Shown here: positions 18,213-28,339 of the stretch, one piece after another
How the letters are laid out: every line of letters starts with the position of its first letter
Numbering within the stretch: position 1 is the stretch's first letter
Origin: a virus
Taxonomy: Duplodnaviria; Heunggongvirae; Uroviricota; Caudoviricetes
Strand: one strand, 5' to 3'
IMG/VR virus record: IMGVR_UViG_3300041405_000130
Length of the DNA: 64,000 nucleotides
Made by a program: the position numbers and the translations under genes
The notes under the pieces: generated by a model
The model's database searches: none
What the model was told of the DNA's origin: nothing
The model's input: only the letters and a program-made list of their open reading frames with translations

Positions 18213-18546
18213 TATCAAGTAACATTTCCTCGTACATGTGTTTCAGGCCCATGTAGGCATCTGATCGGGCCAGATGTTCTAGTTTATCGTGACCAAAGCG
18301 TTCATCGATCCAAGCCCAGTCTTGTGGGTGAGCTTGCTTTGAAACCTCTGTATAAAATGAGAATCGATCATCACCAACACGATACATTACAACACGAGTT
18401 GCACTATCATTGATGCACCAAACAATCTTTGGTTCTCCTTCAGTGATAGATTTCTTCAGTTTATGCGACAGTACCTTCGTCAGTTGCGCATAATCAAATT
18501 TGATATCGTACAACTCCACAGGAATAGTGTGTTCACGTAACAGCAT
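18178..18546 (-). CDS. hypothetical protein
   Basis: 122-aa ORF, SD GGAG. Confidence 0.7.
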   Translation of the reverse strand: MLLREHTIPVELYDIKFDYAQLTKVLSHKLKKSITEGEPKIVWCINDSATRVVMYRVGDDRFSFYTEVSKQAHPQDWAWIDERFGHDKLEHLARSDAYMGLKHMYEEMLLDNDSTLHATVPA

Positions 18547-18556
18547 TTCTATACTC

Positions 18557-18583
18557 CGGCATAAAGCCTACCCGAAGGTAGGC
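18557..18583 (-). terminator. terminator, UUCG/TTTATGCCG family
   Basis: GCCTACC-TTCG-GGTAGGC-TTTATGCCG. Confidence 0.8.
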
Positions 18584-18589
18584 CAATGT

Positions 18590-19006
18590 TTATTCCCACG
18601 TCTGGGCATCAGGTGTTTCATTGATTGCAGACATTGCTTCCAAGATACGGCGACGGCGACGATCATCTAGGTTCTGGAATACCAGCCCAAGAGTCTTGCC
18701 ATCCGATGAAACCACCGTACCCGGACGAATCCATGGCACACCCACGAACGTTGACTGGCCGCCATCAAAAGTGATGTAAGCGTAGTTGTATTGTCGAGGG
18801 TCATTCGGTACTGATACACCCGCACCAGTTAATACAGGGTAAACGTTTTGGTGTGCAGCATCCAGATCGAAACCTAGTTGACGAGCAACCATTGCGGTAA
18901 CGATACCTTCCAGTGTTACGTCTTTGAATTCATTAGCCAGATAAGCAGTAGGGTAAACTTCGAAGCTTACCCGAGTGCCTTCGGCAATGTCAGTGATTTG
19001 TGCCAT
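18590..19006 (-). CDS. conserved phiKZ-like hypothetical protein
   Basis: 138-aa ORF. Confidence 0.75.
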   Translation of the reverse strand: MAQITDIAEGTRVSFEVYPTAYLANEFKDVTLEGIVTAMVARQLGFDLDAAHQNVYPVLTGAGVSVPNDPRQYNYAYITFDGGQSTFVGVPWIRPGTVVSSDGKTLGLVFQNLDDRRRRRILEAMSAINETPDAQTWE

Positions 19007-19016
19007 TGATGAAGCC

Positions 19017-19397
19017 CTATGATTGTTTTCTCATAGGTTTGTTCTGTATTACGAAACCAACTGTTCCAGCCAGGTTCATTGGAATGATTGCGATGACGTC
19101 GTATTGAGGAAACATTGCGTTGAACTCTTGATAGATCGCGAACGTATCTAGCATGTCCTGATTGAGTTCTTCGTCAGGGGACTCTAAAATAGTCTCCATG
19201 AACAATTCGTCACAGAAGAGATCCATCACTAGCTTCTGGAACTTATTCACCAGTGCCCTGCGCAATGGCACGTCACCTTCGACCCAGGAATCTTTCTCTG
19301 GGTCGTGCATCGATTCTTGCAGGAAGCGTTCAGCAAACTTCATACCCGCTTTGGATTCCAATACGGAGTATGTCAATTGAGGTTCAGGATGTTTCAT
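19017..19397 (-). CDS. hypothetical protein
   Basis: 126-aa ORF, ATGA-coupled. Confidence 0.7.
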   Translation of the reverse strand: MKHPEPQLTYSVLESKAGMKFAERFLQESMHDPEKDSWVEGDVPLRRALVNKFQKLVMDLFCDELFMETILESPDEELNQDMLDTFAIYQEFNAMFPQYDVIAIIPMNLAGTVGFVIQNKPMRKQS

Positions 19398-19759
19398 TGT
19401 GGGTCCTTAAATACGATGGCTACCCCCGTTTGAGTGGGAAGTGTATCGACATGTTCTATTGGTTTGAATTGTGAGAAATAGGTGATTGCCTGATTGTAAT
19501 ACTCGTAACACGCTTTTTCAATCTGTCCCAGTATTTCATTGGATAGGTTGTGAGTATGACTCTTCAGATAATAATCCATCGCATAACCAATTTCGTCAGT
19601 AAGCGATACGTAGTCGTCGTGCGTCTCATCGGACATGATGATGTTTTGAATGGCTGTGGATATCATCCAGTGGCTAATGCCAATGCCAGCCAACTCTAAG
19701 CCTGGAATGTTTATATAGCCAAACACACGGCAGTCGTATGTGTGGACACTAAACATCAC
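19394..19759 (-). CDS. hypothetical protein
   Basis: 121-aa ORF, coupled. Confidence 0.7.
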   Translation of the reverse strand: MMFSVHTYDCRVFGYINIPGLELAGIGISHWMISTAIQNIIMSDETHDDYVSLTDEIGYAMDYYLKSHTHNLSNEILGQIEKACYEYYNQAITYFSQFKPIEHVDTLPTQTGVAIVFKDPQ

Positions 19760-20313
19760 AACCCCTCAGCCGATTCCGCATCAACCTGGTCGTACGTGAT
19801 ACCGGATAGTACATACATCCCCGTCTTGTTGTCGTCCACTCGGAACATATGAATTTGGTCAACGTCTTGGTGATGTGCATTTAGATCTCGAATCCCTGGC
19901 AGTAGTTGTCGACCCAATTCGCCACAGGCCATTGCCCACTGACTATTGAGGAACATCATCATGCGTTTGTCGGGATACGGGTTCTCTTCTGTAACGGGTG
20001 GGTTCAATAAGTGGGCGACTGCTTTAAAGCGATCTTCCAGATAGAACTCAAACGAACAGTTGTCCTGTTGAATGGGCTTGGGTAAAGCAAACGCTAGGTA
20101 TTCATTCAAGCATTCGTAGATGATCGTACGAATAGCATCCTCTTCCATCGGATACGGTGTATTGTTCGAAGTACCCTCGATGATACTAACCATCTTGTCG
20201 ATTGGTACACGTACAGTCGAGAATGAAACCATGACGGCAACGTTCTCACCCAACTGTTGGTTAGGTATTACTGGGAGTTGATCCCCGATCATGAGCTGTG
20301 GAAAATTGTTCAT
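19756..20313 (-). CDS. hypothetical protein
   Basis: 185-aa ORF, coupled. Confidence 0.75.
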   Translation of the reverse strand: MNNFPQLMIGDQLPVIPNQQLGENVAVMVSFSTVRVPIDKMVSIIEGTSNNTPYPMEEDAIRTIIYECLNEYLAFALPKPIQQDNCSFEFYLEDRFKAVAHLLNPPVTEENPYPDKRMMMFLNSQWAMACGELGRQLLPGIRDLNAHHQDVDQIHMFRVDDNKTGMYVLSGITYDQVDAESAEGL

Positions 20314-20672
20314 GGGGCACCTGTTGGATTTTTCATACTCTGTTTAGCACTGAGTACTTTCTTGCTGGGACGGAGGAACTGTTCGATAGTAACAGACGTC
20401 ACGGCCTCCGGCATTCCCAAATCCTTTTCGATGGGGTTAAAGGTTATCAACATGTACATGTATTGTCCATGCATGTTAACGGGGAAGATCTCGGTTACGG
20501 TTTTTGGCAGCTTACCCCACAACGCTATTGCTAGCTTCAAGAACTCTCTTTCATATTCCAAGGCTGGCTTGCTATAGGAAGTCAAGCGAGGTACATGATG
20601 GAACGATAGGATTTCTCCAGTCTCTCGGTAATAGGTATTCGCTTCTAATATCCATTCGAACACCGTGTCCAT
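20310..20672 (-). CDS. hypothetical protein
   Basis: Track ORF 20310..20840; start moved to ATG 20672 (MDTVFEW, SD GGTGG) to remove a 154-nt overlap. Confidence 0.65.
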   Translation of the reverse strand: MDTVFEWILEANTYYRETGEILSFHHVPRLTSYSKPALEYEREFLKLAIALWGKLPKTVTEIFPVNMHGQYMYMLITFNPIEKDLGMPEAVTSVTIEQFLRPSKKVLSAKQSMKNPTGAP

Positions 20673-20686
20673 AAACCCACCTGGGC

Positions 20687-21190
20687 CTATTTCGTTATGA
20701 TCGGACTTCCCGAATATACGGGCATGGAGTTTCCGCAACTTTGTATACCCTGGAAACCAGGACTGTTTGTCAAATCGATAGATGGTTGTATATTGCACAG
20801 CACAGGCTCCGAGGTTTCCCGGTAGATGATATTGACCCAATCAGCATCTTCAAATGCTTCAATAAGTTTTAGGTCAGTACCAATAATGAGTGGCGAACAC
20901 TTTAGACAGATCAGTCGAATGAACTGAACCATCTTTTCATAGAACACCGTTTCTTCTGGATCAATTCCCATATAGCCCAAGCCCATGAAAATCATCTCTC
21001 GGAACTCGACTATGTTGTGCACGTTACGCTGAACGATAGCATTACCGATCAGGTGTGTAAGCTTATCACGGTCTTCGCCGAACTCCATCATGATGTCTAA
21101 GTAATACGGTGTGTTATAACCGAAGAACTCACCAAACGGAACCATAGCGACCGCGTTAGTAAAAGGTACCACATATTGCTGCATGACCAC
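20687..21190 (-). CDS. hypothetical protein
   Basis: 167-aa ORF, SD GAGG. Confidence 0.7.
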   Translation of the reverse strand: MVMQQYVVPFTNAVAMVPFGEFFGYNTPYYLDIMMEFGEDRDKLTHLIGNAIVQRNVHNIVEFREMIFMGLGYMGIDPEETVFYEKMVQFIRLICLKCSPLIIGTDLKLIEAFEDADWVNIIYRETSEPVLCNIQPSIDLTNSPGFQGIQSCGNSMPVYSGSPIITK

Positions 21191-21194
21191 CTCG

Positions 21195-21218
21195 CGGCAT
21201 AAAGCCCCGAAGCGGGGC
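21195..21218 (-). terminator. terminator, TTTATGCCG family
   Basis: GCCCC-GCTTC-GGGGC-TTTATGCCG. Confidence 0.7.
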
Positions 21219-21219
21219 C

Positions 21220-22146
21220 TTATAGATTTTCTAGCATGTATTTCTCAGCACGGACACGATCGGCTTCGGGCAGGTAATCACCACGCATCAGTTGCTTAGC
21301 AAGTTCTGCATCCGAATCAATTTCTACTACCGCTTCTTTATGCTCTCGGATTACCAAGCAGCATGTAGTGCTTACGAAGTTGAAATCATACTTAACACCT
21401 GGAATGATGTTCTGACTGAATGTCGGTACATTGAATGCATGAAGCACTTTCTGTACGTATCCATCAAGCCATGTAGTCAGGTCCGGTACACCAAACGCAG
21501 CTGCCATTTCATAGTCGATACCTTCTTGGCGAGTATCAACTCGATGAAGCTGAGGAAACATGTTCATTACCGATTCCAGCAACATCGCTGAGATCTGAGA
21601 TTCAGGATACGGACCGTAGTTCTTTTCAAACTCTTTATGGAGCTCTTCACGAACACGGCTCAGATCCAATGTGATATACGATTCTTCCTGGGCGTCTTGT
21701 AACAGTTCCCAATGGAGAATACGACGATCACCAATCTCTACCAAGCAGATCATCGAACCGGTATTGATAACTTCCCACGCTGTGTAGGATGTGTACTTCT
21801 CATGGGCACAGATCTGATGGTTCAAATCCGAGTGAGTAGATTCCATGAGATCGCAATTGAAGATCCGCTCGATGAACTTTACTTGCCGATGCAACACTTG
21901 ACCTGGAGTGGTACCGAACAAGATAGATGCGCGAACGACATCCCAATCTGTTCCGTTTACTTTAATGCCTTTGTCTTTCTGTTCCATTATCTCCGCGACA
22001 ATGGTTTGCACCATGTTCAAAGCCATCGCTTTGGTCGGTTGGACAATGCCAACCAAAGGTTGTTGTTGATGAATATGTGACAGGTAATCCAGGACTGTTT
22101 TGACTTGATGTCTAACATCCAACATTACTAACTTCTTGTCCGACAT
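21220..22146 (-). CDS. conserved phiKZ-like hypothetical protein
   Basis: Track ORF 21220..22293; start moved to ATG 22146 (MSDKKL, SD GGAG). Confidence 0.75.
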   Translation of the reverse strand: MSDKKLVMLDVRHQVKTVLDYLSHIHQQQPLVGIVQPTKAMALNMVQTIVAEIMEQKDKGIKVNGTDWDVVRASILFGTTPGQVLHRQVKFIERIFNCDLMESTHSDLNHQICAHEKYTSYTAWEVINTGSMICLVEIGDRRILHWELLQDAQEESYITLDLSRVREELHKEFEKNYGPYPESQISAMLLESVMNMFPQLHRVDTRQEGIDYEMAAAFGVPDLTTWLDGYVQKVLHAFNVPTFSQNIIPGVKYDFNFVSTTCCLVIREHKEAVVEIDSDAELAKQLMRGDYLPEADRVRAEKYMLENL

Positions 22147-22157
22147 GGTGTCTCCGA

Positions 22158-22544
22158 TTAATTGGTTTGTGCGTACAGATAGATCATCGCGCCTACTCGT
22201 GCGTAATTGACCATCGACCCAGCGTAATGAATAGCAAGTGGTCTCAACATTAACCACAGCTCTCGCCGAGCGTTCTGGTTCATATTGAACCATGTGTGTT
22301 CTTGCGGTGTTACTCGTTGTGGATTGAACTCAGCCACCATGACTTCTTCAAACGAGTTTATCGTGTGACAAACAAAGTCATCTACTAGCGTATCCCAATA
22401 CGGATTTGTTCCCGTAATGGATGTGCATACATGGTGGTAACGAACTTCACGCGAGGCAATTAGTTGCCCACTTGGGTGTTCTCTGAGCAATCCCATGATG
22501 TGGGTAATGTCCCAACAATGAACATTGCCTTCCTTAACGTACAT
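22158..22544 (-). CDS. hypothetical protein
   Basis: 128-aa ORF downstream of an early-type promoter motif. Confidence 0.7.
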   Translation of the reverse strand: MYVKEGNVHCWDITHIMGLLREHPSGQLIASREVRYHHVCTSITGTNPYWDTLVDDFVCHTINSFEEVMVAEFNPQRVTPQEHTWFNMNQNARRELWLMLRPLAIHYAGSMVNYARVGAMIYLYAQTN

Positions 22545-22574
22545 TACTGTACCCCTTCTATATTACACATTTTG

Positions 22575-22591
22575 ATAATATAGATTTCAGA
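22575..22591 (-). promoter_or_regulatory. early-type promoter motif TCTGAAATCTATATTAT
   Basis: Repeated motif. Confidence 0.6.
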
Positions 22592-22692
22592 TTCAGTGCA
22601 ATCGTTTGTAAGCCCCTTCCGTATATTATACCGACCTCAGGTATTCCTTTACGGAGAATCCCTCTTAAAACAGCTTTATAGGACGTCTGAGA

Positions 22693-23505
22693 ATGAACGC
22701 CATCACTAAAGCACTCTCCGATCTCAAGTTCAAGATCCCACAACAGATCCTGAATGATGCTTTTCGCAACAAAGACATGTATGCTGCAGAGACTACATGT
22801 GGTGCGGCTATCTCATTAGAGACCCGTATCCGTGAAGAAGTGATCGAAGGGCGCGTCATGCCCGACATCGATTTGATCGGTGGTACGAAAACTTACATTC
22901 CACTGGACTTCCCAGTGAAGCAGGAGTACGTCGATCCGTACACGATCGTTTACTACATTCCTGACGAATATACCCAGCAACGTCCTATTGTCCAAGTCTT
23001 CGATATTCATTTCGGTATCTTGGGTTACCAGAACGCTGGCTATGCCATGAACTATAACCAATCGGTTATGGGTGCTGAAACAATGAAGGTGTTAGATGCT
23101 GCTCGCCGTATCCCGGTAGCCCAGACATCCTACATCAATTTGATCAACCACAACACCGTAATGGTTCGTTATATTTACGTCCCATCACCTGCTGCTTATC
23201 TATCATGCCGACTGGGTAATGATGATGAGCTGTTGAACATTCGACCACAGTCTATTCCTGCTTTTAGTAAGTTGGTTGAATACGCTGTTAAGTCTTATAT
23301 CTACAACACCACGTTTGTAGAGATGGGTGATGCACAACTGCGGTACGGTCAAGAGCTCGGTGTTTACAAAGACAAGATCTATGAATGGTCTGAAGCCGAA
23401 ACGCTCTATGAAGAACAACTGAAGAAATGGCGGAAGATCTCTCGGAACTTTAACGATCCGGAAGGTAACCGACATCACATCCGTACGATCATGGCTGCAC
23501 CATAA
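22693..23505 (+). CDS. conserved phiKZ-like protein, probable virion structural protein
   Basis: Isolated plus-strand 270-aa ORF with its own terminator, the pattern seen for other late genes here. Confidence 0.75.
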   Translation: MNAITKALSDLKFKIPQQILNDAFRNKDMYAAETTCGAAISLETRIREEVIEGRVMPDIDLIGGTKTYIPLDFPVKQEYVDPYTIVYYIPDEYTQQRPIVQVFDIHFGILGYQNAGYAMNYNQSVMGAETMKVLDAARRIPVAQTSYINLINHNTVMVRYIYVPSPAAYLSCRLGNDDELLNIRPQSIPAFSKLVEYAVKSYIYNTTFVEMGDAQLRYGQELGVYKDKIYEWSEAETLYEEQLKKWRKISRNFNDPEGNRHHIRTIMAAP

Positions 23506-23524
23506 AAAAAAAGAATGGCATATT

Positions 23525-23553
23525 GGCTACCCCGAAGGGTAGCCTTTATGTTG
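23525..23553. terminator. bidirectional terminator
   Basis: GGCTACCC-CGAA-GGGTAGCC-TTTATGTTG, with an A-run on the other side. Confidence 0.8.
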
Positions 23554-23814
23554 TTATACCTTGGCCTGTTGCTGGGCAAAGATATCGTCGAGAATATCTT
23601 TTACGTCCACGGCATCGCAGCTGTAGATAATCACATCATCTTCATACGGTTCAATGATCGCTTTCTCTTGCCCATCGTTATCCCAAATGGAAATGATGTT
23701 ACGGACGATTGTAACTTTGTCACCCGTAAACGCATCGAACATGCGGTGACCAGAATTACGCGCGATTGTTTTCGCCGTATCAATGATCTCTTGTAGTATT
23801 GGTTCCAGTGCCAT
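23554..23814 (-). CDS. hypothetical protein
   Basis: Track ORF 23554..23895; ATG 23814 preferred. Confidence 0.6.
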   Translation of the reverse strand: MALEPILQEIIDTAKTIARNSGHRMFDAFTGDKVTIVRNIISIWDNDGQEKAIIEPYEDDVIIYSCDAVDVKDILDDIFAQQQAKV

Positions 23815-23824
23815 AGTCTTTATC

Positions 23825-24076
23825 TCACAAACTGTTGAATAAGGCGGCTGCCCGTGTATGGTCCCAGCCCTCACGGAAATATTGCGCTCGGCCATCTATC
23901 CAAGTAAAACTGGCTACGGGTTGACCATCTGCATGCCAAACAACAATCTGGGAGTCGAAGATAGAAATTTGCATTCCATCCTTTTGCATGATTGTGCGAT
24001 TACGTTCATCTAGCAAACGACGGGCAGCTGTAATCAAAGCCGTCCAAGGGGAAATCGTTGGTTTATCTGGATGCAT
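23825..24076 (-). CDS. hypothetical protein
   Basis: 83-aa ORF, TAATG coupled. Confidence 0.65.
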   Translation of the reverse strand: MHPDKPTISPWTALITAARRLLDERNRTIMQKDGMQISIFDSQIVVWHADGQPVASFTWIDGRAQYFREGWDHTRAAALFNSL

Positions 24077-24675
24077 TAGAAACAGTATTCCTTTAGTGTA
24101 CCGAATGGGTAGATTGGGTTTTCAAAGCACATTGGTTCACGCTTAGTTTCCACTGGGGTGGATTCTTGGCGCTTATTGTTAACTTGTGCAACACAACCGT
24201 TGATCTGGTCAGCCGAGGCTACATTGACGGACCCTACGGCTTTACGGATGCATGCACGGAACTCATCATCCCGTTGTTGTCCGACTGGATCTTTTACGAT
24301 GGTGTGTTGGTTACTCTGGTACTTGTGGTAACTGATTGCACCACAAGTGATCACCATTACTAACAAACAAACAGTGGTTACCCACGAGGTGAGCATTCTT
24401 TGCCACAATGGCCTGGGCCGTTCCGAATCGACGGCCAGTTGTATTGCATCCTGAACAGCATTTTCAATATCGATATCTTCCCCGATGAAAACGTGGGCTG
24501 TATTAGCTTTGATATCGAACTTGGCCATCAAGCGTTTATCAGAAGTCCACACACTTACTTGTGTCGCATAGGTCACGACACTGATACCGTCTTCCAAAGT
24601 CCAAGATTTCTGTGGATATTGTTCGAGCAGCAGTTTGGCATCAGCAAATGCGAATTCGTGGTCTTCATGTACCAT
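24076..24675 (-). CDS. hypothetical membrane protein
   Basis: Central hydrophobic helix (MLTSWVTTVCLLVMVITCGAISY) and a C-terminal Cys pair. Confidence 0.7.
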   Translation of the reverse strand: MVHEDHEFAFADAKLLLEQYPQKSWTLEDGISVVTYATQVSVWTSDKRLMAKFDIKANTAHVFIGEDIDIENAVQDAIQLAVDSERPRPLWQRMLTSWVTTVCLLVMVITCGAISYHKYQSNQHTIVKDPVGQQRDDEFRACIRKAVGSVNVASADQINGCVAQVNNKRQESTPVETKREPMCFENPIYPFGTLKEYCF

Positions 24676-25156
24676 ACTGTTTTCCTCTTAGTAAAATTGA
24701 ATCACCCCAACTAGGTCTCGGTAACCGATGGAATAGTAAAGGCTTTTTCCGGATGAACTGACATTCTTCCGTTAAGATGGTTGTTGTTCGATAGGTGGGG
24801 TCACTATCAGTTAAGAAATAGAATTGGTCTTTTAAATCATCCACCTTGGCAGTCTGTACTGGAAACAATCTTCCATTCCCCATGACGTACCAACGTTTGT
24901 ATAGCCGCTGCCTAAGCCGCTCCTCGATCACTGGATGCGATCTGAATCGAGGAACTCTCACTCGCATCCCATTTACCGAACGCCACACCTCTACAATGTC
25001 ATAGTGAATTAGCCCGTTCTGTTCTAGAACAAAGACAAATCCATCTACGGCATCAGGAAAGCGTGTAGCATGTTTTAATATCATGGTAATCGGTGCTGGT
25101 GACAAACCCAGATCAGCAGCGACTAATGTGTCTAGTCGTTGCATCTGTTTTGACAT
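24665..25156 (-). CDS. hypothetical protein
   Basis: 163-aa ORF. Confidence 0.7.
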   Translation of the reverse strand: MSKQMQRLDTLVAADLGLSPAPITMILKHATRFPDAVDGFVFVLEQNGLIHYDIVEVWRSVNGMRVRVPRFRSHPVIEERLRQRLYKRWYVMGNGRLFPVQTAKVDDLKDQFYFLTDSDPTYRTTTILTEECQFIRKKPLLFHRLPRPSWGDSILLRGKQYGT

Positions 25157-25158
25157 GA

Positions 25159-25710
25159 TTACCCTCTTAGGCCCGGCGAGCCTATTGGTCCACTTAATGC
25201 TAGAAGATGAACCGGTGGGAATGCAGGAAATTTCTCCTCCATCTTTTCCAACAGCTTTGAACTTGCAAGATCCCGATCAAGCATCTCAAGCCATTCTTTA
25301 CGAGCAGGCACCCATTTGAGTTCGATGTACTTTTCGAGGATCTTACGGCCTTCTGGTGTCGCGTGATTATGTTCCAGAACTTCTACAGGACTTCCACTCA
25401 ATGCAGCCAAGATTGGCAATGGTGGGTAATTCATGCTTTTAGCAACTGGATAAGTTTCTGTTTGCAGGTCCGCTGGTTTATCACAGAAATAGATCTGTGA
25501 GCAGAACAATTCCAATTGCTCATCCCGGTAGGCTGATTGTAATGCATTGGTCAACAATGTAATCACGTAGTCTTGGGTAAGGCTGACGTTTCTAGCAACA
25601 TCGACGATGTGTGACCGCTGACTTGCCAGAGCATCTTTACGCAGATATCCAGTAACGGCAGTGAGCTTTGTCAGCAGTTGTCGACCTCGACGAATTTCAG
25701 GTGTACTCAT
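25159..25710 (-). CDS. hypothetical protein
   Basis: 183-aa ORF, ATGA coupled. Confidence 0.7.
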   Translation of the reverse strand: MSTPEIRRGRQLLTKLTAVTGYLRKDALASQRSHIVDVARNVSLTQDYVITLLTNALQSAYRDEQLELFCSQIYFCDKPADLQTETYPVAKSMNYPPLPILAALSGSPVEVLEHNHATPEGRKILEKYIELKWVPARKEWLEMLDRDLASSKLLEKMEEKFPAFPPVHLLALSGPIGSPGLRG

Positions 25711-26171
25711 CGTTTCAATCCTTCTAACGGTGTTACTTGTCCACCACTCATTTGAAGATCCATATGTGTGATCTCCAATTGACGATAGACTTGTTTATTC
25801 ATTTTCAAGAGGCTGCCAGAACACGGACTAGAGAGATCAATGAATCTTTTACAGCGAGTCCCCAAGTAGTTGGCAACTGCGGCAGAGCGACTAATCCCAG
25901 CGTGGCAATGCACGATAATGTCATGATCGCGAAAACGATGTTCGAACTGCAGGATCTTTCGGGCGTGGGTCCAATCGAATTGTCGATAAGTTGAATCGAG
26001 ATCTTCAATTGCAACTCCGTCGGGGATGTCATGGCATTCAATCCGTAGTACGTCAATGGGCTCAACGGCAAAAGAAGGCATCTCTTCACCAGGATCGCCA
26101 ATTGAGATTATTGCTGCTTTTCGTTTATCACGAGTCATCCAGTCTTTGGATAACCAAGTAACTGTTTTCAT
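25707..26171 (-). CDS. protein-tyrosine/dual-specificity phosphatase family (CX5R)
   Basis: IIVHCHAGISRSAAVA P-loop and an upstream acidic loop HDIPD. Confidence 0.85.
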   Translation of the reverse strand: MKTVTWLSKDWMTRDKRKAAIISIGDPGEEMPSFAVEPIDVLRIECHDIPDGVAIEDLDSTYRQFDWTHARKILQFEHRFRDHDIIVHCHAGISRSAAVANYLGTRCKRFIDLSSPCSGSLLKMNKQVYRQLEITHMDLQMSGGQVTPLEGLKR

Positions 26172-26413
26172 TTATTATCCTCGACACACATATGCTTTTC
26201 AACTTTGTATGTCGTTTGGTTACCAATACCCAGATAACCATTTTTACTAAGCAGCGTAACATTGTTGTTACTGTTGGCCTGTGCTCTCTTTGCTTGAGAT
26301 TCAAGCCAGCTAACACATTTACCCCAAGTACCGAACGATTGGTTTACTTTCTCAGAAGTAGGAATACCAAATAAATGAACCGTGATATAAACCGATGCGA
26401 GTGTTACCGACAT
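26168..26413 (-). CDS. small membrane-anchored protein
   Basis: Hydrophobic N-terminus and two Cys; start moved to ATG 26413 (SD GGGG) because the track start lies upstream of a terminator. Confidence 0.6.
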   Translation of the reverse strand: MSVTLASVYITVHLFGIPTSEKVNQSFGTWGKCVSWLESQAKRAQANSNNNVTLLSKNGYLGIGNQTTYKVEKHMCVEDNK

Positions 26414-26440
26414 AGCTAAACCCCAAAACAAAAAATAAAC

Positions 26441-26458
26441 GGGAGGCCGAAGCCCCCC
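26441..26458 (-). terminator. terminator after phuZ
   Basis: GGGGGGC-TTCG-GCCTCCC-GTTTATTTTT. Confidence 0.7.
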
Positions 26459-26465
26459 ACTTATA

Positions 26466-27413
26466 TTAGTCAGCAATGAAACCGTCTTCGGTCATGTTGT
26501 CATCAGCAACGTTAACGATCGCTTTGCGTTGACGGAACCCAGACTGGATGGTGTTGATCTTAACCTTCGCTTCTTCCAGGTCTTCGTAGATGGATGCGAT
26601 GCCTACGGAGTTCAGGACGAAATGGAGTTGGTCAGATGGCATCTTGGCTTCGTTGTTGGTGATACCGATGGTGTGAACGAACGCAGCCCCGAAAGGAATG
26701 TTCTTCTCAGCGTCAGTGTACAACGATGCAGTGGAAATCGGTTCCAGCACGGCGGCAGCTTCTGCACGAGTTTGCGATACGTGCAGTTGAACCAGTTGTG
26801 GTTGTACGGAGCACAGGTGTTGGTATTGCAGCCAGTTGATGATGTCTTTGGTATCCAGACGACCGTTAGTTTGGTCGGTCAGCGCAACCAGGGCATCCAG
26901 CAGGAAGATGACTTCGTTGTCAGCTTCGCCTTCGCCATTGGCATTCGATACCCACGCCAGAGGAACAGGCTGTTTGGTTTTCTGCGATACCAACTCCATG
27001 TTTTTGATGAAGTTAGTAGTGTTACGGATACGACGAGTGTTGTCGGTACCTGCAACAGCAATCACGATCGTTGGCAGACCAGCAGCCAACAGACGAGTAA
27101 CCAGTTGTACTGCGATTGCCGCACCACTGCCACCACCAGCACCTAGTACTACGATGTTCACATCGCCAGATGGGAAACGATCCAGCATATCGCCAACATG
27201 CTTACGAGCAAAAGGCATCATGTAAGACTGATCACCACCGGCACCATCAGTGCCAGGAATCAGGAAGATGCGTTCCGACGGAATTTGTTTGTCTTTCAGG
27301 TTTGCATCAGAGGAGTCAATGAAACACACATGCTCGCCAGTTGCCCCGTAGAGGTTACCGATGTTGAAGCCAGTACCACCGAGGTTGTAGATGCGAGTCT
27401 TGATATTGGTCAT
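26466..27413 (-). CDS. phuZ: PhuZ phage tubulin (TubZ/FtsZ family)
   Basis: LGGTGFNIG, CFIDSS, GAGG, GAGGGSG tubulin signature, RLDTKD T7 loop, acidic tail DDNMTEDGFIAD; 315 aa. Confidence 0.93.
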   Translation of the reverse strand: MTNIKTRIYNLGGTGFNIGNLYGATGEHVCFIDSSDANLKDKQIPSERIFLIPGTDGAGGDQSYMMPFARKHVGDMLDRFPSGDVNIVVLGAGGGSGAAIAVQLVTRLLAAGLPTIVIAVAGTDNTRRIRNTTNFIKNMELVSQKTKQPVPLAWVSNANGEGEADNEVIFLLDALVALTDQTNGRLDTKDIINWLQYQHLCSVQPQLVQLHVSQTRAEAAAVLEPISTASLYTDAEKNIPFGAAFVHTIGITNNEAKMPSDQLHFVLNSVGIASIYEDLEEAKVKINTIQSGFRQRKAIVNVADDNMTEDGFIAD

Positions 27414-27452
27414 GCTTACTACCCTTCAGAAAAATGATTTTGCGTCAGCGTT

Positions 27453-27479
27453 ACATACTACCTAAGCAGGCAGTATTTT
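27453..27479 (-). promoter_or_regulatory. bipartite promoter motif AAAATACT-N11-TAGTATG
   Basis: Same motif recurs at 33203, 57795, 59461 and 62604. Confidence 0.6.
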
Positions 27480-28251
27480 AATTCGAATTCCAGTGAAAGT
27501 TTTCGATTGTTACTTCGACAGGTTCTTTGGTGAAAGTCAAATTACCTACGTAAGTACGTTTCCAACCTTCCTGAGATTCTGATTTGGTCATGGAAGTAAC
27601 ACGGTCCAAATGCAAACCAGCGAGCTGTTGGGTGAAAACACTATTCATTTTCTCCCCCTTCCAACATTGACCCTCGATAGCGTTGATAGTGATACGACGG
27701 ATTGGACGACCATCGCTCAACGAAGAAGCCGACAGGTATGTCAACTGTCCTTCTTCGTAACTAACAGTGTAATACACGTCATCTGAAGAAGCAGTATGTT
27801 TACCCGGTACGATGATAGCCCCTTCAGGCATATAATCGGACGGAGTGTACACAACCTGGAGGGATGTACCTGTCCAACCATCAGCAGCTGCTTTGTAATA
27901 CTCACAGCGAACCATGTCGCCTTCGGCGTGAGCATGCCATACTGCTGCTACCAACGTGTATCCGGCAGAACGGATTGTGTTGTGTAATTCCATACACATT
28001 TCTTTCCGTTCAACGTAACGCTCTCTTTCGATATCATCACGATTAGAGAAGTCATCAAAGATCAATGCTGGTGCCACGGTGTCACAGTTGGGGCGAGACT
28101 GCATCTCGACGCTATACTCGATACCACAGATAGCAACATTTTCTTTTGTTTCGACATAACCGAACACTTGGTTCTTATTGAACCCAACAATCTCTCGGAC
28201 ATCATCAGGTCCGAATGACCGAAGGTGTGCACGAAGATCACTCAGTTGCAT
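27478..28251 (-). CDS. hypothetical protein
   Basis: Track ORF 27478..28290; ATG 28251 preferred (SD AAGGAAG). Confidence 0.7.
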   Translation of the reverse strand: MQLSDLRAHLRSFGPDDVREIVGFNKNQVFGYVETKENVAICGIEYSVEMQSRPNCDTVAPALIFDDFSNRDDIERERYVERKEMCMELHNTIRSAGYTLVAAVWHAHAEGDMVRCEYYKAAADGWTGTSLQVVYTPSDYMPEGAIIVPGKHTASSDDVYYTVSYEEGQLTYLSASSLSDGRPIRRITINAIEGQCWKGEKMNSVFTQQLAGLHLDRVTSMTKSESQEGWKRTYVGNLTFTKEPVEVTIENFHWNSN

Positions 28252-28339
28252 TTGTTTCTTCCTTCTGTGGAACCTGAATAAAGAATGCACTACGGTCCTG
28301 GGAATAGGACACGAGTAGTACTAGATCGTACTTGTTGTC

